From a bacterium (GTDB taxonomy: Bacteria; UBA8248), in the NCBI GenBank assembly GCA_965199855.1, contig OZ241326.1, forward strand, positions 2,367,486 to 2,431,485: a stretch of DNA of 64,000 nt, read 5' to 3'. Numbering within the stretch: position 1 is the stretch's first letter; the number at the start of each line of letters is the position of its first letter. This document shows, in pieces, positions 17,900 through 27,716 of the stretch. Below the pieces are notes generated by a model. That model was not told where the DNA came from and made no database searches. It was given only the letters and a program-made list of their open reading frames with translations. A program made the position numbers and the translations under genes.

Positions 17900-18685
17900 A
17901 TGGGAATTCCGTCTTTTCTGGAAAACGTTCTTCTGTATCACCCCCACCGGGAGCTCGACCTGACGCCCGAAAGCTACGGCGTCCCATACGAAGACGTCCG
18001 TTTCCGCGCCGCTGACGGCGCGCGACTTCACGGCTGGCATGTTGCGCCGAAGGAGGCGGGCGGCCCGGTTCTCCTGTGGGCGCACGGCAACGCCGGCAAC
18101 CTCTCGCACCGGGCGGAGAACATCGCGCTCATTCAAAGGGAGCTGGGCGCGGGCGTCTTCGCGTTCGACTACCGGGGCTACGGGAAAAGCGAGGGCAGAC
18201 CGAGCGAGGATGGCCTCTACGCCGACGGCAGGGCCGCCCACGACTGGCTGCTGGCGCGCGCGCCGCGTGAGCGCGTTTTCCTGTTCGGCCGCTCGCTGGG
18301 CGCGGCCGTGGTCGTCCGACTCGCCTCGGAGGGAAGAAAGGCGCGCGGCCTCATCCTGGAGAGCCCTTTCGAGAGCACCCTCGCCATGGGCAAGAAGATG
18401 TTTCCCTTCCTGCCGGTCGGCTGGCTCGTCTCCAAGAAGTTCGACAATGCGTCCATGCTCCCGCAAGTGAAGACGCCCCTGCTGATCCTGCACGGCGACC
18501 GGGACGGCATCGTGCCCCACGCCCAGGGGAGACGGCTCTTCGAGGCGGCGCGCGCGCCCGGCAAGCGCTTCTTCACCATCGAGGGGGCGGGCCACAACGA
18601 CACGTATCTCGCGGGAGGCGCGCTCTACTGGAAGGCGTGGCGGGATTTTCTGCAAAACCCCGAGGGCGGGCGAAGCGGGAGCTGA
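17900..18685 (+). CDS. alpha/beta-fold hydrolase
   Basis: Nucleophile elbow GRSLG and the LILHGDRDGIVP catalytic-triad region. Confidence 0.75.
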   Translation: MGIPSFLENVLLYHPHRELDLTPESYGVPYEDVRFRAADGARLHGWHVAPKEAGGPVLLWAHGNAGNLSHRAENIALIQRELGAGVFAFDYRGYGKSEGRPSEDGLYADGRAAHDWLLARAPRERVFLFGRSLGAAVVVRLASEGRKARGLILESPFESTLAMGKKMFPFLPVGWLVSKKFDNASMLPQVKTPLLILHGDRDGIVPHAQGRRLFEAARAPGKRFFTIEGAGHNDTYLAGGALYWKAWRDFLQNPEGGRSGS

Positions 18686-18760
18686 GCAAAGAGTCCGCGC
18701 CCGGCGTCTTTCTCCGCGCTCTTCCGTCCGCGTGGAGCGGCGCGCCGCCGAAGGCCGGCC

Positions 18761-19546
18761 TCAGGGCTTTCGCGCCCGCCGCCTCTCTCGAAACTCCTCC
18801 ACCAGCCGCTCGTGACGCGCGCTGGCGAGAAATCCCTCGACGAACGGGCCGGCCGGATGGTTCACGAGATTCTCCGGCGCATCGACCTGAACGATCGCCC
18901 CCTCGCGCATCACGGCGATTCGGTCGGCGATTTGAAAAGCGTCGGAAAGATCATGCGTCACGAGCAGGCTCATCGCCCCGAGCTCCTCGTGCACCCGCCT
19001 CAACTCCTTGCGGACCTCGACCCTGGCGACCGGGTCGATGTTCGCCATGGGCTCATCAAGGAGAAAAACGCGCGGAGGAATGGCGATGGCGCGGCCGATC
19101 GCCACCTTCTGCCGCTGGCCCGCGCTCAGACCGCCCGGGCGGCGGCCAGCCCAGCTCTCGCCGATCCCCAGGCGGCGCATCACGCCGCGCGCGCGCTCGT
19201 TCAGGGCGCCAGGCAGCCACCCGCGAATTTTCAGGGCGAAACCCAGGTTAGAGTGTCTCTTCGGGTCGAACACCTTCATGTGCGGCCACAGGGCGTAGCT
19301 CTGAAACACCAGTTGAATCCCGCGCCGGCCGGGCGGCACGCCGTTCATCCGCGCCCCGTCGAGGTAGATGTGGCCCGCGTCCTCGTCCTCCACGCCGGCG
19401 ATCAGGCGCAGCAGGGTGGATTTCCCGCAACCGGTCGGCCCGACGAGCGCCATGAATTCCCCGTCCTCCAGCGTGAGGGAGAGGCCATCGACCGCCCGCG
19501 CGCCGTCGAAATCCTTTCTGAGTCCCACAATTCTCAAAGGGCTCAC
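18761..19546 (-). CDS. ABC transporter ATP-binding protein
   Basis: Walker A GPTGCGKST, signature LSAGQRQKV, Walker B VFLLDEP. Confidence 0.85.
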   Translation of the reverse strand: MSPLRIVGLRKDFDGARAVDGLSLTLEDGEFMALVGPTGCGKSTLLRLIAGVEDEDAGHIYLDGARMNGVPPGRRGIQLVFQSYALWPHMKVFDPKRHSNLGFALKIRGWLPGALNERARGVMRRLGIGESWAGRRPGGLSAGQRQKVAIGRAIAIPPRVFLLDEPMANIDPVARVEVRKELRRVHEELGAMSLLVTHDLSDAFQIADRIAVMREGAIVQVDAPENLVNHPAGPFVEGFLASARHERLVEEFRERRRARKP

Positions 19547-19684
19547 CGGCCTGCCTCGCTGTGAAAAAGGGGGGTTGGTTTGTGAGAATCACGGCGCCGG
19601 ACAGCGCGCGCTCCGCTCCCGCCGGCCTTTCGGCGCGGCGTCCGGCCCCATCCCGGAGGCGGGTCGTCTCCTCCCGACGCTTCC

Positions 19685-20032
19685 CTATCCGCTCTCGGGG
19701 GCGAGGCTGTTCAGCTTCTCGACGCCCGGCGTGAAAATCTCCTCCAGAACGAGCTCCCCCTCGCCCGCGTTTCGCGTGGAATGCTCCTGGTTCGGCGGAA
19801 AGACCACGACGCCGCCCGGCCCGAGCGTCACCTCCCGTCCGCCGCAGGCGAACCGCGCCTTTCCCTCGAGAACAATCGTCATCTGCTCGTTCGGATGCGA
19901 ATGGGGGTTGTACATGTCCACGCCCGCGCGAATCGTCTGGCGAAGCACGGTAAGATTCTCCCCCGCCGCCACCCGCTGCGCCCGCTCCCCGGTGTCATGC
20001 GCCGCCATCTTCCCGAAATGATAGACTCTCAC
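19685..20032 (-). CDS. cupin-domain protein
   Basis: 115 aa; HSHPNEQMTIVLEGKARF...GGVVVFPPNQEH, a two-His cupin motif. Confidence 0.65.
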   Translation of the reverse strand: MRVYHFGKMAAHDTGERAQRVAAGENLTVLRQTIRAGVDMYNPHSHPNEQMTIVLEGKARFACGGREVTLGPGGVVVFPPNQEHSTRNAGEGELVLEEIFTPGVEKLNSLAPESG

Positions 20033-20182
20033 GCTTCCCTCCGCCCGGATGGCTGAAAATTCGATGGAAAATGCGGACCCCGCGTTATGGAATCGCTCCC
20101 CTCATCGTATAGAAGTATTTGCATCCCCTCAATCGTTCTCTTAGAGTATTCTTACGCCTTCCCCCCCGCTCTGGAGACCGTG

Positions 20183-20707
20183 ATGAAGCGAATCCGCATC
20201 CCCGTCATCGCCGCCGCCCTGGCGGCCGCCCTGTGGGCGATACATCCGGCGACCTCCTCGGGGCTCGGGCCCGGCGCGCCCGCCCCCGAACTGAAGGGCG
20301 GCCCCTGGCTGGGCGTCGAGAAGCCCCTTCAACTGAAGGAGCTGCGCGGCAAGGTCGTGCTTCTCGACATGTGGACGTTCGGCTGAATCAACTGCGTGCG
20401 GGAGATTCCCGCGCTGCGCTCGTGGCACGAGCGCTACGGGGACAAGGGGCTGGTCGTCATCGGAAACCACGCGCCCGAGTTCGGCTTCGAGAAGAGCAGG
20501 GCGAACGTGGAGAAGGCCATCGCCAAGCTCGGCATCGCCTACCCCGTTGTGATGGACAACGGGTTCGTCAACTGGAACGCCTACGGCAACCGCTACTGGC
20601 CGACGAAATACCTGATCGACAAGAAGGGAATCGTGCGCTTCAAGGCGATTGGCGAGGGGGGCCACGAGCGCGCCGAGGCGATGATCAAGAAGCTGCTCGC
20701 CGAGTGA
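20183..20707 (+). CDS. periplasmic thioredoxin-like (TlpA/redoxin-type) selenoprotein with a UINC active site, 174 aa including Sec
   Basis: Signal peptide [19 protein letters not shown], then ...[15 protein letters not shown](20384-20386)[10 protein letters not shown]... The TGA joins track ORFs 20087..20386 and 20396..20707, which share one frame. It aligns with TlpA WCxPCRxEMP as U-x-x-C. A hairpin gcggga-gat-tcccgc (20398-20412) lies 11 nt after the TGA. Confidence 0.65.
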
Positions 20708-20830
20708 TGGAGACGGAAAAGCGGGCGCGTGGTTCGGCGCGCCGCTTTATCTCTTCATCCGGGCGGGCCTCCTGCGGGGATGGCGGAGCGGACGCCTCTC
20801 GCCGAAGCGAAGCGTCGGGAGGTGAGCGCG

Positions 20831-21123
20831 TGAGCGAGCGCGAACGGGCGGAATTCACGCTTCCCACCCGGCTGGCGAGGCGCAGGCTCCTCGTGGGGAG
20901 GCTGGCGCTGGGCGTCGTCTGCGCCAACGCTCTTCTCGCTCTCGCCGCCGCATATCTGCTGAGCGGGCCGATGGCCTGGGCGACGAGCTTCCGGCTCGGC
21001 TTTCTCGGCTGGGCGGGCGTCCTGTTTCCCGCCTCCCTCATGCTGGCGGTTCCGGTGATGGCGCCTCTCGTCATCAGACTGCTGAAGCCGCCGACGGAGG
21101 AAGCGCCCGGAGAGCGAAAATGA
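20831..21123 (+). CDS. small hypothetical membrane protein (GTG start)
   Basis: RBS gggagg precedes a GTG start; two hydrophobic helices (LALGVVCANALLALAAAYLL, GWAGVLFPASLMLAVPVMAPLVI); only the C-terminal part of the Arg-rich 334-aa track ORF is retained. Confidence 0.35.
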
Positions 21124-21432
21124 AGGCGGGCGAGAAGCGAAAAAAAGACGCCGCGGGAAGCGCGCCTGCGTGGAGGGCTGGAGCGCGATTCGCCACTGGC
21201 GGGGGGCGAGCCTCGCCGACGAACGTGGGCTGGCAGCGCCCGAAGTTCCTCCGCTGCGTCTTCTTCACGAACGAGGACGCGGGCGGCTTCTCTGGGAGAA
21301 GCGGGACTACCCGCGCTGCTACGGATTCTGACCTAGAAGCCCCCCGGCGCGTCTTGACAACGCCCTCCCGCCGCCTTCATATAGAGGGGGAATTTCAGCG
21401 CAAGCCCCAGTCCCCATGAGGTCCCCTCTCGC

Positions 21433-21507
21433 TCCGGCGTAGCTCAACGGCAGAGCAATCGGCTGTTAACCGATGGGTTGTAGGTTCGAATCCTACCGCC
21501 GGAGCCA
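21433..21507 (+). tRNA. tRNA-Asn (anticodon GTT)
   Basis: Acceptor tccggcg/cgccgga, anticodon stem atcgg/ccgat with loop ctGTTaa, T-arm gtagg-ttcgaat-cctac, discriminator G, encoded CCA. Confidence 0.85.
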
Positions 21508-21577
21508 TGGGGGAGGGGGGCAACGGGCCGCCCATTGCAAGTTCTTGACTCCAAGACCGGCGAAAGGAGGCTTGACC

Positions 21578-23455
21578 GTGCTCTTTGCGGAAGCCAAAGA
21601 TAGGATCCGGAGCTGGATTCGCCGCCTTATCAAGTGGCTGACCAAGCCCGAATATCCCACAGAGGCACCCGAACCAATTCCATCGAACGAGGCAAGGCCG
21701 GAGACAACCCACATACTGGCGTCTCCCCCAACTACGGCATCGCCAAAGTCAGAACCGGCCTCTCCTTCCGACCCAGGCGAAGGCACCGACGCGGAACCCA
21801 AGACAACGGACGATTCAGCAAGCAAAGAAGAGCCCAAGAAAGAACCGCGCAAGATAGGACCGAGACGTATCAAGCCGGACAACAATCGCCAAAAACCAAA
21901 TCGCCCCGCACAACTCACCCGCCCCTTCACTCCCAGGGCGGAGTTGCTCTGCCGCCAAGCTCGGGGTTCATCCTGGGAGTTAATTCTGTCCGTTCCCGAA
22001 GAATGCGGCATTGTGAAAATACAACATGACAACAACCCCTTGTCAGTCGACGAAAACGGCGAATGTCGCCCGTCATCATTCTCCGGCACCCTGAAAGTTG
22101 AATACAGCGACGGAAAAACTGACGAGATTATCCCATTGGTCTGCGACAAGACGCCGCTGGTTTTTAAAATGCGGAACGGCTGGCAAGGGTCTGGCCGCAA
22201 AATTAGCGGAATTACTCGTGGGCACTTCATTGTTTTCACGCCTGCTGAATGGAAGCGAACGGGTCGCGTTCCGGTAGAAGCCGAGAACTGCGTGGACGCT
22301 GACTTCCGGGCGCACTACTTCCATGCGCGCAAGAACGACGCAAACGATGAAATTGGCGGATTTAAGGAATATGAAGTCCCGTTGACCCCAACCGGATTCG
22401 AGTTGGAAGGTACTAGAATTTTCGATGATTCTGAAGATGGGGAACTATTCGTTGATACAGTTCCAAGGGTGAAGCCCGCGTCCGGCATCGTCTGGGCGCG
22501 CGTGGGCGAAGAGCGGCAGAGAGGCTGGTCTGGAGAAAATTTCAGACCCGATGACAAATCTCTCAAGAAAGTTCTGAATGGCCGCCAGAGGCGATTTTAT
22601 GTCCGCGTCTATGACGACGCGCCCAAGTTGATGGACAGCGGCGAGTTCCGCTATTACGCGGATCTGCAAGATATTCAGGTGAATGGCGTATCGTATTCGC
22701 AGGACATGCTGTTGCTCCCCACGTCGGACGGGCATTCGCCAACAAGACTGCAATTCATTGCCCGGAATGGAGAGCTGATCTCCCAAGATCGGCTGGAATT
22801 GAAAGGAAACAACCCTCACGCGGCCATTACGCCAGATGGCGTTTTGACAATAGCCCCACACCCGGATGGCGATGAAATAACCTTAGTCTTAAAAGCCAAT
22901 ACAAGTAGCGTGGCCGTCAAGCTCCACTTGCCGCGCGTCTGGTGGAGGCTTGAGCGATCAGGAGAGGAGCCAAGCAGGTGGGGCGACCAACCCCTAAATA
23001 TGACGCGCGATGAGTTTCGAGATCGGGCCAATAAGAGCACCGTGATAAAATTGCGATTGCCTTCACGCATCAAATCTGCCGATGTGGGATTTGGTGATAA
23101 TCTGGACCGGAGACTTCCCATAGGGGACGGATTGCCACTTGGGAACTTTATCGATTATACGGAAATCGACAATCCATCAAGTGAAGAGGTCGAACTGCGA
23201 ATTCGATGCAATAGTGAAAGGCTAACTCTAATCCAACTTGCCGCTGACTTACCTGCCCCTACAAAGAAGCCTCTAACAAACAATATGCCAGACACTTGTC
23301 CAAGCGGCAACAAGGGATTCAGCTGCGGCGAATTGCGGAAGGCCAATCTCACAGCCGCCGATGCGAAACGCTTGCAATTACGTATCGACAGGCGACGCCG
23401 CAGCGAACACAATAGCAATATAGACAGGCTCATGGAGATTGGAAACGATGCCTGA
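21578..23455 (+). CDS. island protein A: 625-aa protein of unknown function (N-terminal amphipathic helix, Pro/Thr/Ser/Glu-rich linker, ~480-aa beta-rich C-terminal region)
   Basis: The track ORF starts inside the tRNA; the likely true start is GTG 21578, with GGAGG 8 nt upstream. The protein runs VLFAEAKDRIRSWIRRLIKWLTKPEY..., then a PTS/E-rich segment, then ...GHFIVFTPAEWKRTG... No nuclease, methylase, ATPase or other catalytic motif was recognised by eye. It overlaps gene B by 8 nt. Confidence 0.6.
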   Translation: MLFAEAKDRIRSWIRRLIKWLTKPEYPTEAPEPIPSNEARPETTHILASPPTTASPKSEPASPSDPGEGTDAEPKTTDDSASKEEPKKEPRKIGPRRIKPDNNRQKPNRPAQLTRPFTPRAELLCRQARGSSWELILSVPEECGIVKIQHDNNPLSVDENGECRPSSFSGTLKVEYSDGKTDEIIPLVCDKTPLVFKMRNGWQGSGRKISGITRGHFIVFTPAEWKRTGRVPVEAENCVDADFRAHYFHARKNDANDEIGGFKEYEVPLTPTGFELEGTRIFDDSEDGELFVDTVPRVKPASGIVWARVGEERQRGWSGENFRPDDKSLKKVLNGRQRRFYVRVYDDAPKLMDSGEFRYYADLQDIQVNGVSYSQDMLLLPTSDGHSPTRLQFIARNGELISQDRLELKGNNPHAAITPDGVLTIAPHPDGDEITLVLKANTSSVAVKLHLPRVWWRLERSGEEPSRWGDQPLNMTRDEFRDRANKSTVIKLRLPSRIKSADVGFGDNLDRRLPIGDGLPLGNFIDYTEIDNPSSEEVELRIRCNSERLTLIQLAADLPAPTKKPLTNNMPDTCPSGNKGFSCGELRKANLTAADAKRLQLRIDRRRRSEHNSNIDRLMEIGNDA

Positions 23456-26400
23456 AACTCGTGACATTGAGAGATGGGTTGATACGATTGGTGCTCGCTA
23501 CGAAAATTATTTGAAAACCTCGTTTTACTTCAAGGACTCGAAACTCCGTGAATCGTTTCAACATGCGTTACAGGGTGGCCGCCTGCTGAAAGGGCCTTTT
23601 CCCGAACCGGCGCGCGACTTCAAAAAAGGCGTAGACGCGAGGCAACTGGCGAAAGAATGTTTTCCTGACAGGGGCGGCGCTCTACTTCCGGCATTACGGA
23701 AAGGCGCTTTGTATGTCCATCAAGAGCGCGCCGTGCGTTGTACTCACACAGACCAGCGGAACATCGTGGTCGCCACCGGTACCGCCAGCGGCAAGACGGA
23801 GAGTTTTCTCTACCCGATTCTGTTCGAGTTGTACCGCCAATACTTGGCGGGAGAACTCAGCGAGCCCGGCGTGCGGGCCATGATCCTGTATCCGATGAAC
23901 GCGCTCGCCAACGATCAAAGAGAACGCCTTGGCGAAATTTGCGAGCAGCTACGCAAGGAGGGTTCAGATTTTGCCCCCATTTTCGGACAGTACATCGGAC
24001 AAACACCCGAAGATCAAAGAGACCGTCGGCGTAACGCCTCTACTCGGGAAGAGGAACGCCTGCCCGGCGAGTTGGTTTTCCGGGAAGAGATGCGGAACAA
24101 TCCGCCGCATATCCTGCTGACCAATTATTCCATGCTGGAATACCTTCTTATTCGTCCGAGCGACAGCCCGCTTTTCGACGTAGACCGAGGCAAACACTGG
24201 CAATTCATCGTGCTTGATGAAGCTCACCAGTACCGGGGCGCCAAAGGGATGGAGATGGGCATGTTAATCCGGCGTCTCAAGCAACGGTTGCGCGATGGAG
24301 GGCGCGAAGATCGTTTCCGCTGCATCGCCACCAGCGCGACCATCGCCACCGGCGAAGGCGAAGAAGACAAACAGGTCGTCGCGAAATTCGCCGAGGAACT
24401 CTTTGCCGAGCCTTTTCGGACATCCGGCATCATTTTGGGAGAACACGAACAACAGTCACTCAAAAAGGAGCCGCGTCGCTTCCATGCGTTCGCGCGCGCC
24501 TTGGAAGGGGCTTTTTTGCTCCATGATGACGGTGAGGATGCGGTCATCCTCAATCGCAAGAGAGAGGTTGGGTGCCGCGCCGAGCCCTTGGAAATCGCGT
24601 TATGCCGGGAATGCGGACAACACTATTACGTCGGCCGGGAAAATGATGGCAAGTTGAAAGAAGCGGTGCGAGATCCCAGTCATCCGAAATTTGGCGTGGA
24701 TTATTACCTGCCATTGGAAAGCGATAATGCCGCTTCTCATGTCTTATGCCGATGCTGCGGCCAACTCTCCGCCGACGGGTCTGCTTGCGATTGCGGCGAC
24801 AGCGCCTCAATTCTCGTCAAGAAGTGCGAATCTCATAAAGAACATCCGGATCACCTGAAGAAATGCGAAGCCTGCGGCTATAGCCGCGGCGGCATCGGCG
24901 ACCCTGTTCAGGAAATCGTGCACGGCTCCGACGGCCCCAACACCGTCATCGCGACCGCCCTTCACGAGTTGCTACCGGAAAGCAGGCGCAAGGTGCTGGC
25001 GTTCGCCGACAGTCGGCAGGAGGCCGCGTTCTTCGCCTGGTATGCTCAGGACTCCTATACGGAGGTACGCGACCGCAATTTGATGTTGCGCGCTTTGAAG
25101 GCTGGGGCAATCGATTCTGAAGGACTGTCCATTGACGACCTCAAAAACCGACTGTTCAAACAGTGGGAACAGTCTGGTCTGTTTGAGAGAGCGGATACCA
25201 GGGAAAGCAAGGACCGAAAGGTGCTGACGGCAATCCTCGGAGAAGCGTTGACGGACGAGAAGAGGCTGTCCTTAAGTGGAGTCGGTTTGGTCAGGTGGTT
25301 CGTCAAAATCCCGGACGACTTGAGACCGCCGGCCTCAATGCTGGAGCCGCCTTGGAATCTAACGGATGAAGAAGCGCGCCGCCTTCTCGCATATCTTTTA
25401 GACGAGTGGCGTGTGCGCTACGCCTTGGCTTTGCCGGACGGTGCAGGGACCCCGTTATGGAACGACGTATCACCCCTGCGGCGGCAACAGGCTTACGGTC
25501 TGGGCACCCCCGGCAAAAGAAAAAACATCGCAGAATGGGGCAGCTCCCAATCCGCAATCGTTGGTCACTTCCTGCGCCGGCTCCTTATGCGAAATGGACA
25601 GTCCGGCAATGACGACCATTCACAATCGATCATGCTGATGAAGGATGTATGGAGCGCATTGCGCGAGCGGGATAAAAAATATGGCCAAAAAGCCGACCAA
25701 ATTCTTTCGTCCGCTAACACAAACGGGACATTCCGCCTCAACTCGCGCTGGCTGCGGACCAAGCTCGCCGAGCCATCTGAAATTTGGGAGTGCGACACGT
25801 GCGCAAGCCTGAGCACCCACAACATTCACAACATCTGTCCTCGAAACGGATGCCCCGGAAATCTGTCGCCTGCCGGCCAATCACGGCTTGAAGAAAACCA
25901 CTATCGAATCCTTTACGAAAAACCCGGCCTGCCACCCACGCTATGCGCTGAAGAACATACGGCTCAAATCGAAAGCAGCGAGGCGCGCCAGAGACAGGAT
26001 CGCTTCAAAAGCGGACAAATACACCTCCTCAGTTCCTCAACCACGTTTGAGGTTGGCGTCGACTTGGGCGATCTCGAGGTCGTATTCCTCCGCAACGTGC
26101 CGCCGGAGCCGTTCAACTATACCCAGCGCGTCGGGAGGGCGGGACGCCGAGAAACGCCGGGATTGGCGCTGACCTACTGCCGCCGCAACCCACATGACTT
26201 GTACCACTACGAAGACCCGGAAAAGCGCGTGATAGAGGGAAAGGTGCAACCCCCAAGGCTCCGGATGACCAACGACAAAATCATCTCCCGGCACATGGCC
26301 GCCGTCGCTCTGTCCGCATTTTTCAAGAATGAGGGAAACGAGGAACGCTTCAGGAATGTCGAATCCTTCATCGGCGATTGGGAGAATCCTCGCGCCGTTT

Positions 26401-27716
26401 CGGACCTGAAGCAGTTTTGCGAAAACAACGAGGCGTTGAAGAATTCGCTACTCCGGAGCGTGCCGGAAGCCATGCGCGAAACAACCGGACTCAACAGCAA
26501 TGATTGGATTAAAATCATCGCCGGCCCGGACAGCCGCCTTGACCGAGCCGAGAAAGAAGTTTCCGACGACTATCAGCGCATGGAAGCGCTTGAAAAAGAG
26601 TACTCGGACAACAGCAAATATAGCGACGCGAAACGTATCAAGCAACGGAGGGATACCATCGCTAACGAACAAACCTTGACCTTCCTCTCACGCAAAGCCG
26701 TAATTCCCAAATATGGCTTTCCGGTTGACGTGGTGGAACTCGATACCCGGGAACTCGATACCCGGCCGCAAAACAGAAGTTCGGCAAGAGTATCGTTGCA
26801 AAGAGACCTGTCTCAAGCCATTGCCGAATATGCGCCGGGCGGTAAAGTCGTGGCGAACAAGCAAGAGTGGGAATCATGCGGTGTAAAAGTAATTTCCGGA
26901 AAGCAATTTCCGGTCAAGCGTTACGCTTACGACGATGCCCGCTATTTTCAGCAATGTGATGAAGAGGGCAATCTTCCAAACAGCAGAAGCAGAAGATACC
27001 TTTCTCCGGTCTTCGGTTTCGTGACACCGCTATTTGAGAAACCCAAGAAGCCGCGGGGACGAGCGCAACGCCTATACACAACACGACCGTTTTTTCCGGG
27101 TTTTGATGAAGAACCGGAATCCAAGGACCTGTTCGGGATTACGGTAACAAAAGCGCAACCGGGAAGCTTGGTCATCCTGTGCGAGGGGCGGAATCAGAAA
27201 GGGTTCTATATTTGCCGCACTTGCGGAAGCCACATGACGAAGCCAGCGAGCGCGCACAAGACGCCGGCAGGATCCAAATGTACCGAGAGATTAGAGAAAT
27301 TTTCGCTCGGGCACGAGTTGGTTACGGATGTAGTGCGCCTGCAATTTTCAGACTTGGGCGACCAGTGGGACGCTTACTCCCTCGCTTACGCCATACAGCT
27401 GGGCGCGTCGAAAACAATGGATGTGCCGGACACGGACTTGAACGTCACTATCACTGGCGACAAAGCATCGGACGAGACGGCGATTGTCTTATATGACAAT
27501 GTTCCCGGCGGTGCCGGTCTGGTGGCGCAGTTGGAACACGAGGGTATATTTCGAGAAATGCTCGGCAATGCCCGAGAACGGGTACAAGGCGGATGTGGCT
27601 GTGACTCAAGTTGCTACGGTTGTCTGCGCAGCTACCGCAACCAGTTCGCGCACCCGCACTTGAATCGCAAAAGAGCTCAAGCCTTTTTACCCGCCGTAGG
27701 CGTCGGGGCGGAATAG
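23448..27716 (+). CDS. island protein B: large DExH-box SF2 helicase with a Zn-ribbon insertion and C-terminal DUF1998/MZB Cys4 domain (DruE/MrfA/DrmA-like)
   Basis: The track start at 23439 is TTG; ATG 23448 gives MPETRDIERW... Motif I VVATGTASGKTESF, Ia ILYPMNALANDQ, II VLDEAHQY, III ATSATI, VI QRVGRAGRRETPG. An insertion between the RecA-like halves carries four CxxC pairs (LCRECGQHYY..., CRCCGQ, CDCGD, CEACGY). The C-terminus CRTCGSH...C..GGCGCDSSCYGCLRSYRNQFAHPHL matches the DUF1998 signature. Confidence 0.85.
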   Translation: MPETRDIERWVDTIGARYENYLKTSFYFKDSKLRESFQHALQGGRLLKGPFPEPARDFKKGVDARQLAKECFPDRGGALLPALRKGALYVHQERAVRCTHTDQRNIVVATGTASGKTESFLYPILFELYRQYLAGELSEPGVRAMILYPMNALANDQRERLGEICEQLRKEGSDFAPIFGQYIGQTPEDQRDRRRNASTREEERLPGELVFREEMRNNPPHILLTNYSMLEYLLIRPSDSPLFDVDRGKHWQFIVLDEAHQYRGAKGMEMGMLIRRLKQRLRDGGREDRFRCIATSATIATGEGEEDKQVVAKFAEELFAEPFRTSGIILGEHEQQSLKKEPRRFHAFARALEGAFLLHDDGEDAVILNRKREVGCRAEPLEIALCRECGQHYYVGRENDGKLKEAVRDPSHPKFGVDYYLPLESDNAASHVLCRCCGQLSADGSACDCGDSASILVKKCESHKEHPDHLKKCEACGYSRGGIGDPVQEIVHGSDGPNTVIATALHELLPESRRKVLAFADSRQEAAFFAWYAQDSYTEVRDRNLMLRALKAGAIDSEGLSIDDLKNRLFKQWEQSGLFERADTRESKDRKVLTAILGEALTDEKRLSLSGVGLVRWFVKIPDDLRPPASMLEPPWNLTDEEARRLLAYLLDEWRVRYALALPDGAGTPLWNDVSPLRRQQAYGLGTPGKRKNIAEWGSSQSAIVGHFLRRLLMRNGQSGNDDHSQSIMLMKDVWSALRERDKKYGQKADQILSSANTNGTFRLNSRWLRTKLAEPSEIWECDTCASLSTHNIHNICPRNGCPGNLSPAGQSRLEENHYRILYEKPGLPPTLCAEEHTAQIESSEARQRQDRFKSGQIHLLSSSTTFEVGVDLGDLEVVFLRNVPPEPFNYTQRVGRAGRRETPGLALTYCRRNPHDLYHYEDPEKRVIEGKVQPPRLRMTNDKIISRHMAAVALSAFFKNEGNEERFRNVESFIGDWENPRAVSDLKQFCENNEALKNSLLRSVPEAMRETTGLNSNDWIKIIAGPDSRLDRAEKEVSDDYQRMEALEKEYSDNSKYSDAKRIKQRRDTIANEQTLTFLSRKAVIPKYGFPVDVVELDTRELDTRPQNRSSARVSLQRDLSQAIAEYAPGGKVVANKQEWESCGVKVISGKQFPVKRYAYDDARYFQQCDEEGNLPNSRSRRYLSPVFGFVTPLFEKPKKPRGRAQRLYTTRPFFPGFDEEPESKDLFGITVTKAQPGSLVILCEGRNQKGFYICRTCGSHMTKPASAHKTPAGSKCTERLEKFSLGHELVTDVVRLQFSDLGDQWDAYSLAYAIQLGASKTMDVPDTDLNVTITGDKASDETAIVLYDNVPGGAGLVAQLEHEGIFREMLGNARERVQGGCGCDSSCYGCLRSYRNQFAHPHLNRKRAQAFLPAVGVGAE

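Noticed and set aside
20119-21123. 334-aa Arg-rich plus-strand ORF
   Set aside because: It is out of frame across the selenoprotein gene. Only its C-terminal ~97 codons (20831..21123) look like a plausible small membrane protein.
21473-21577. ATG start of the 660-aa track ORF
   Set aside because: That start codon lies inside tRNA-Asn. GTG 21578 with GGAGG upstream is the plausible start.
23439-23447. Track start of the helicase ORF
   Set aside because: Position 23439 is TTG; the ATG at 23448 with an upstream GGAG is preferred. The track evidently reports alternative start codons as M.
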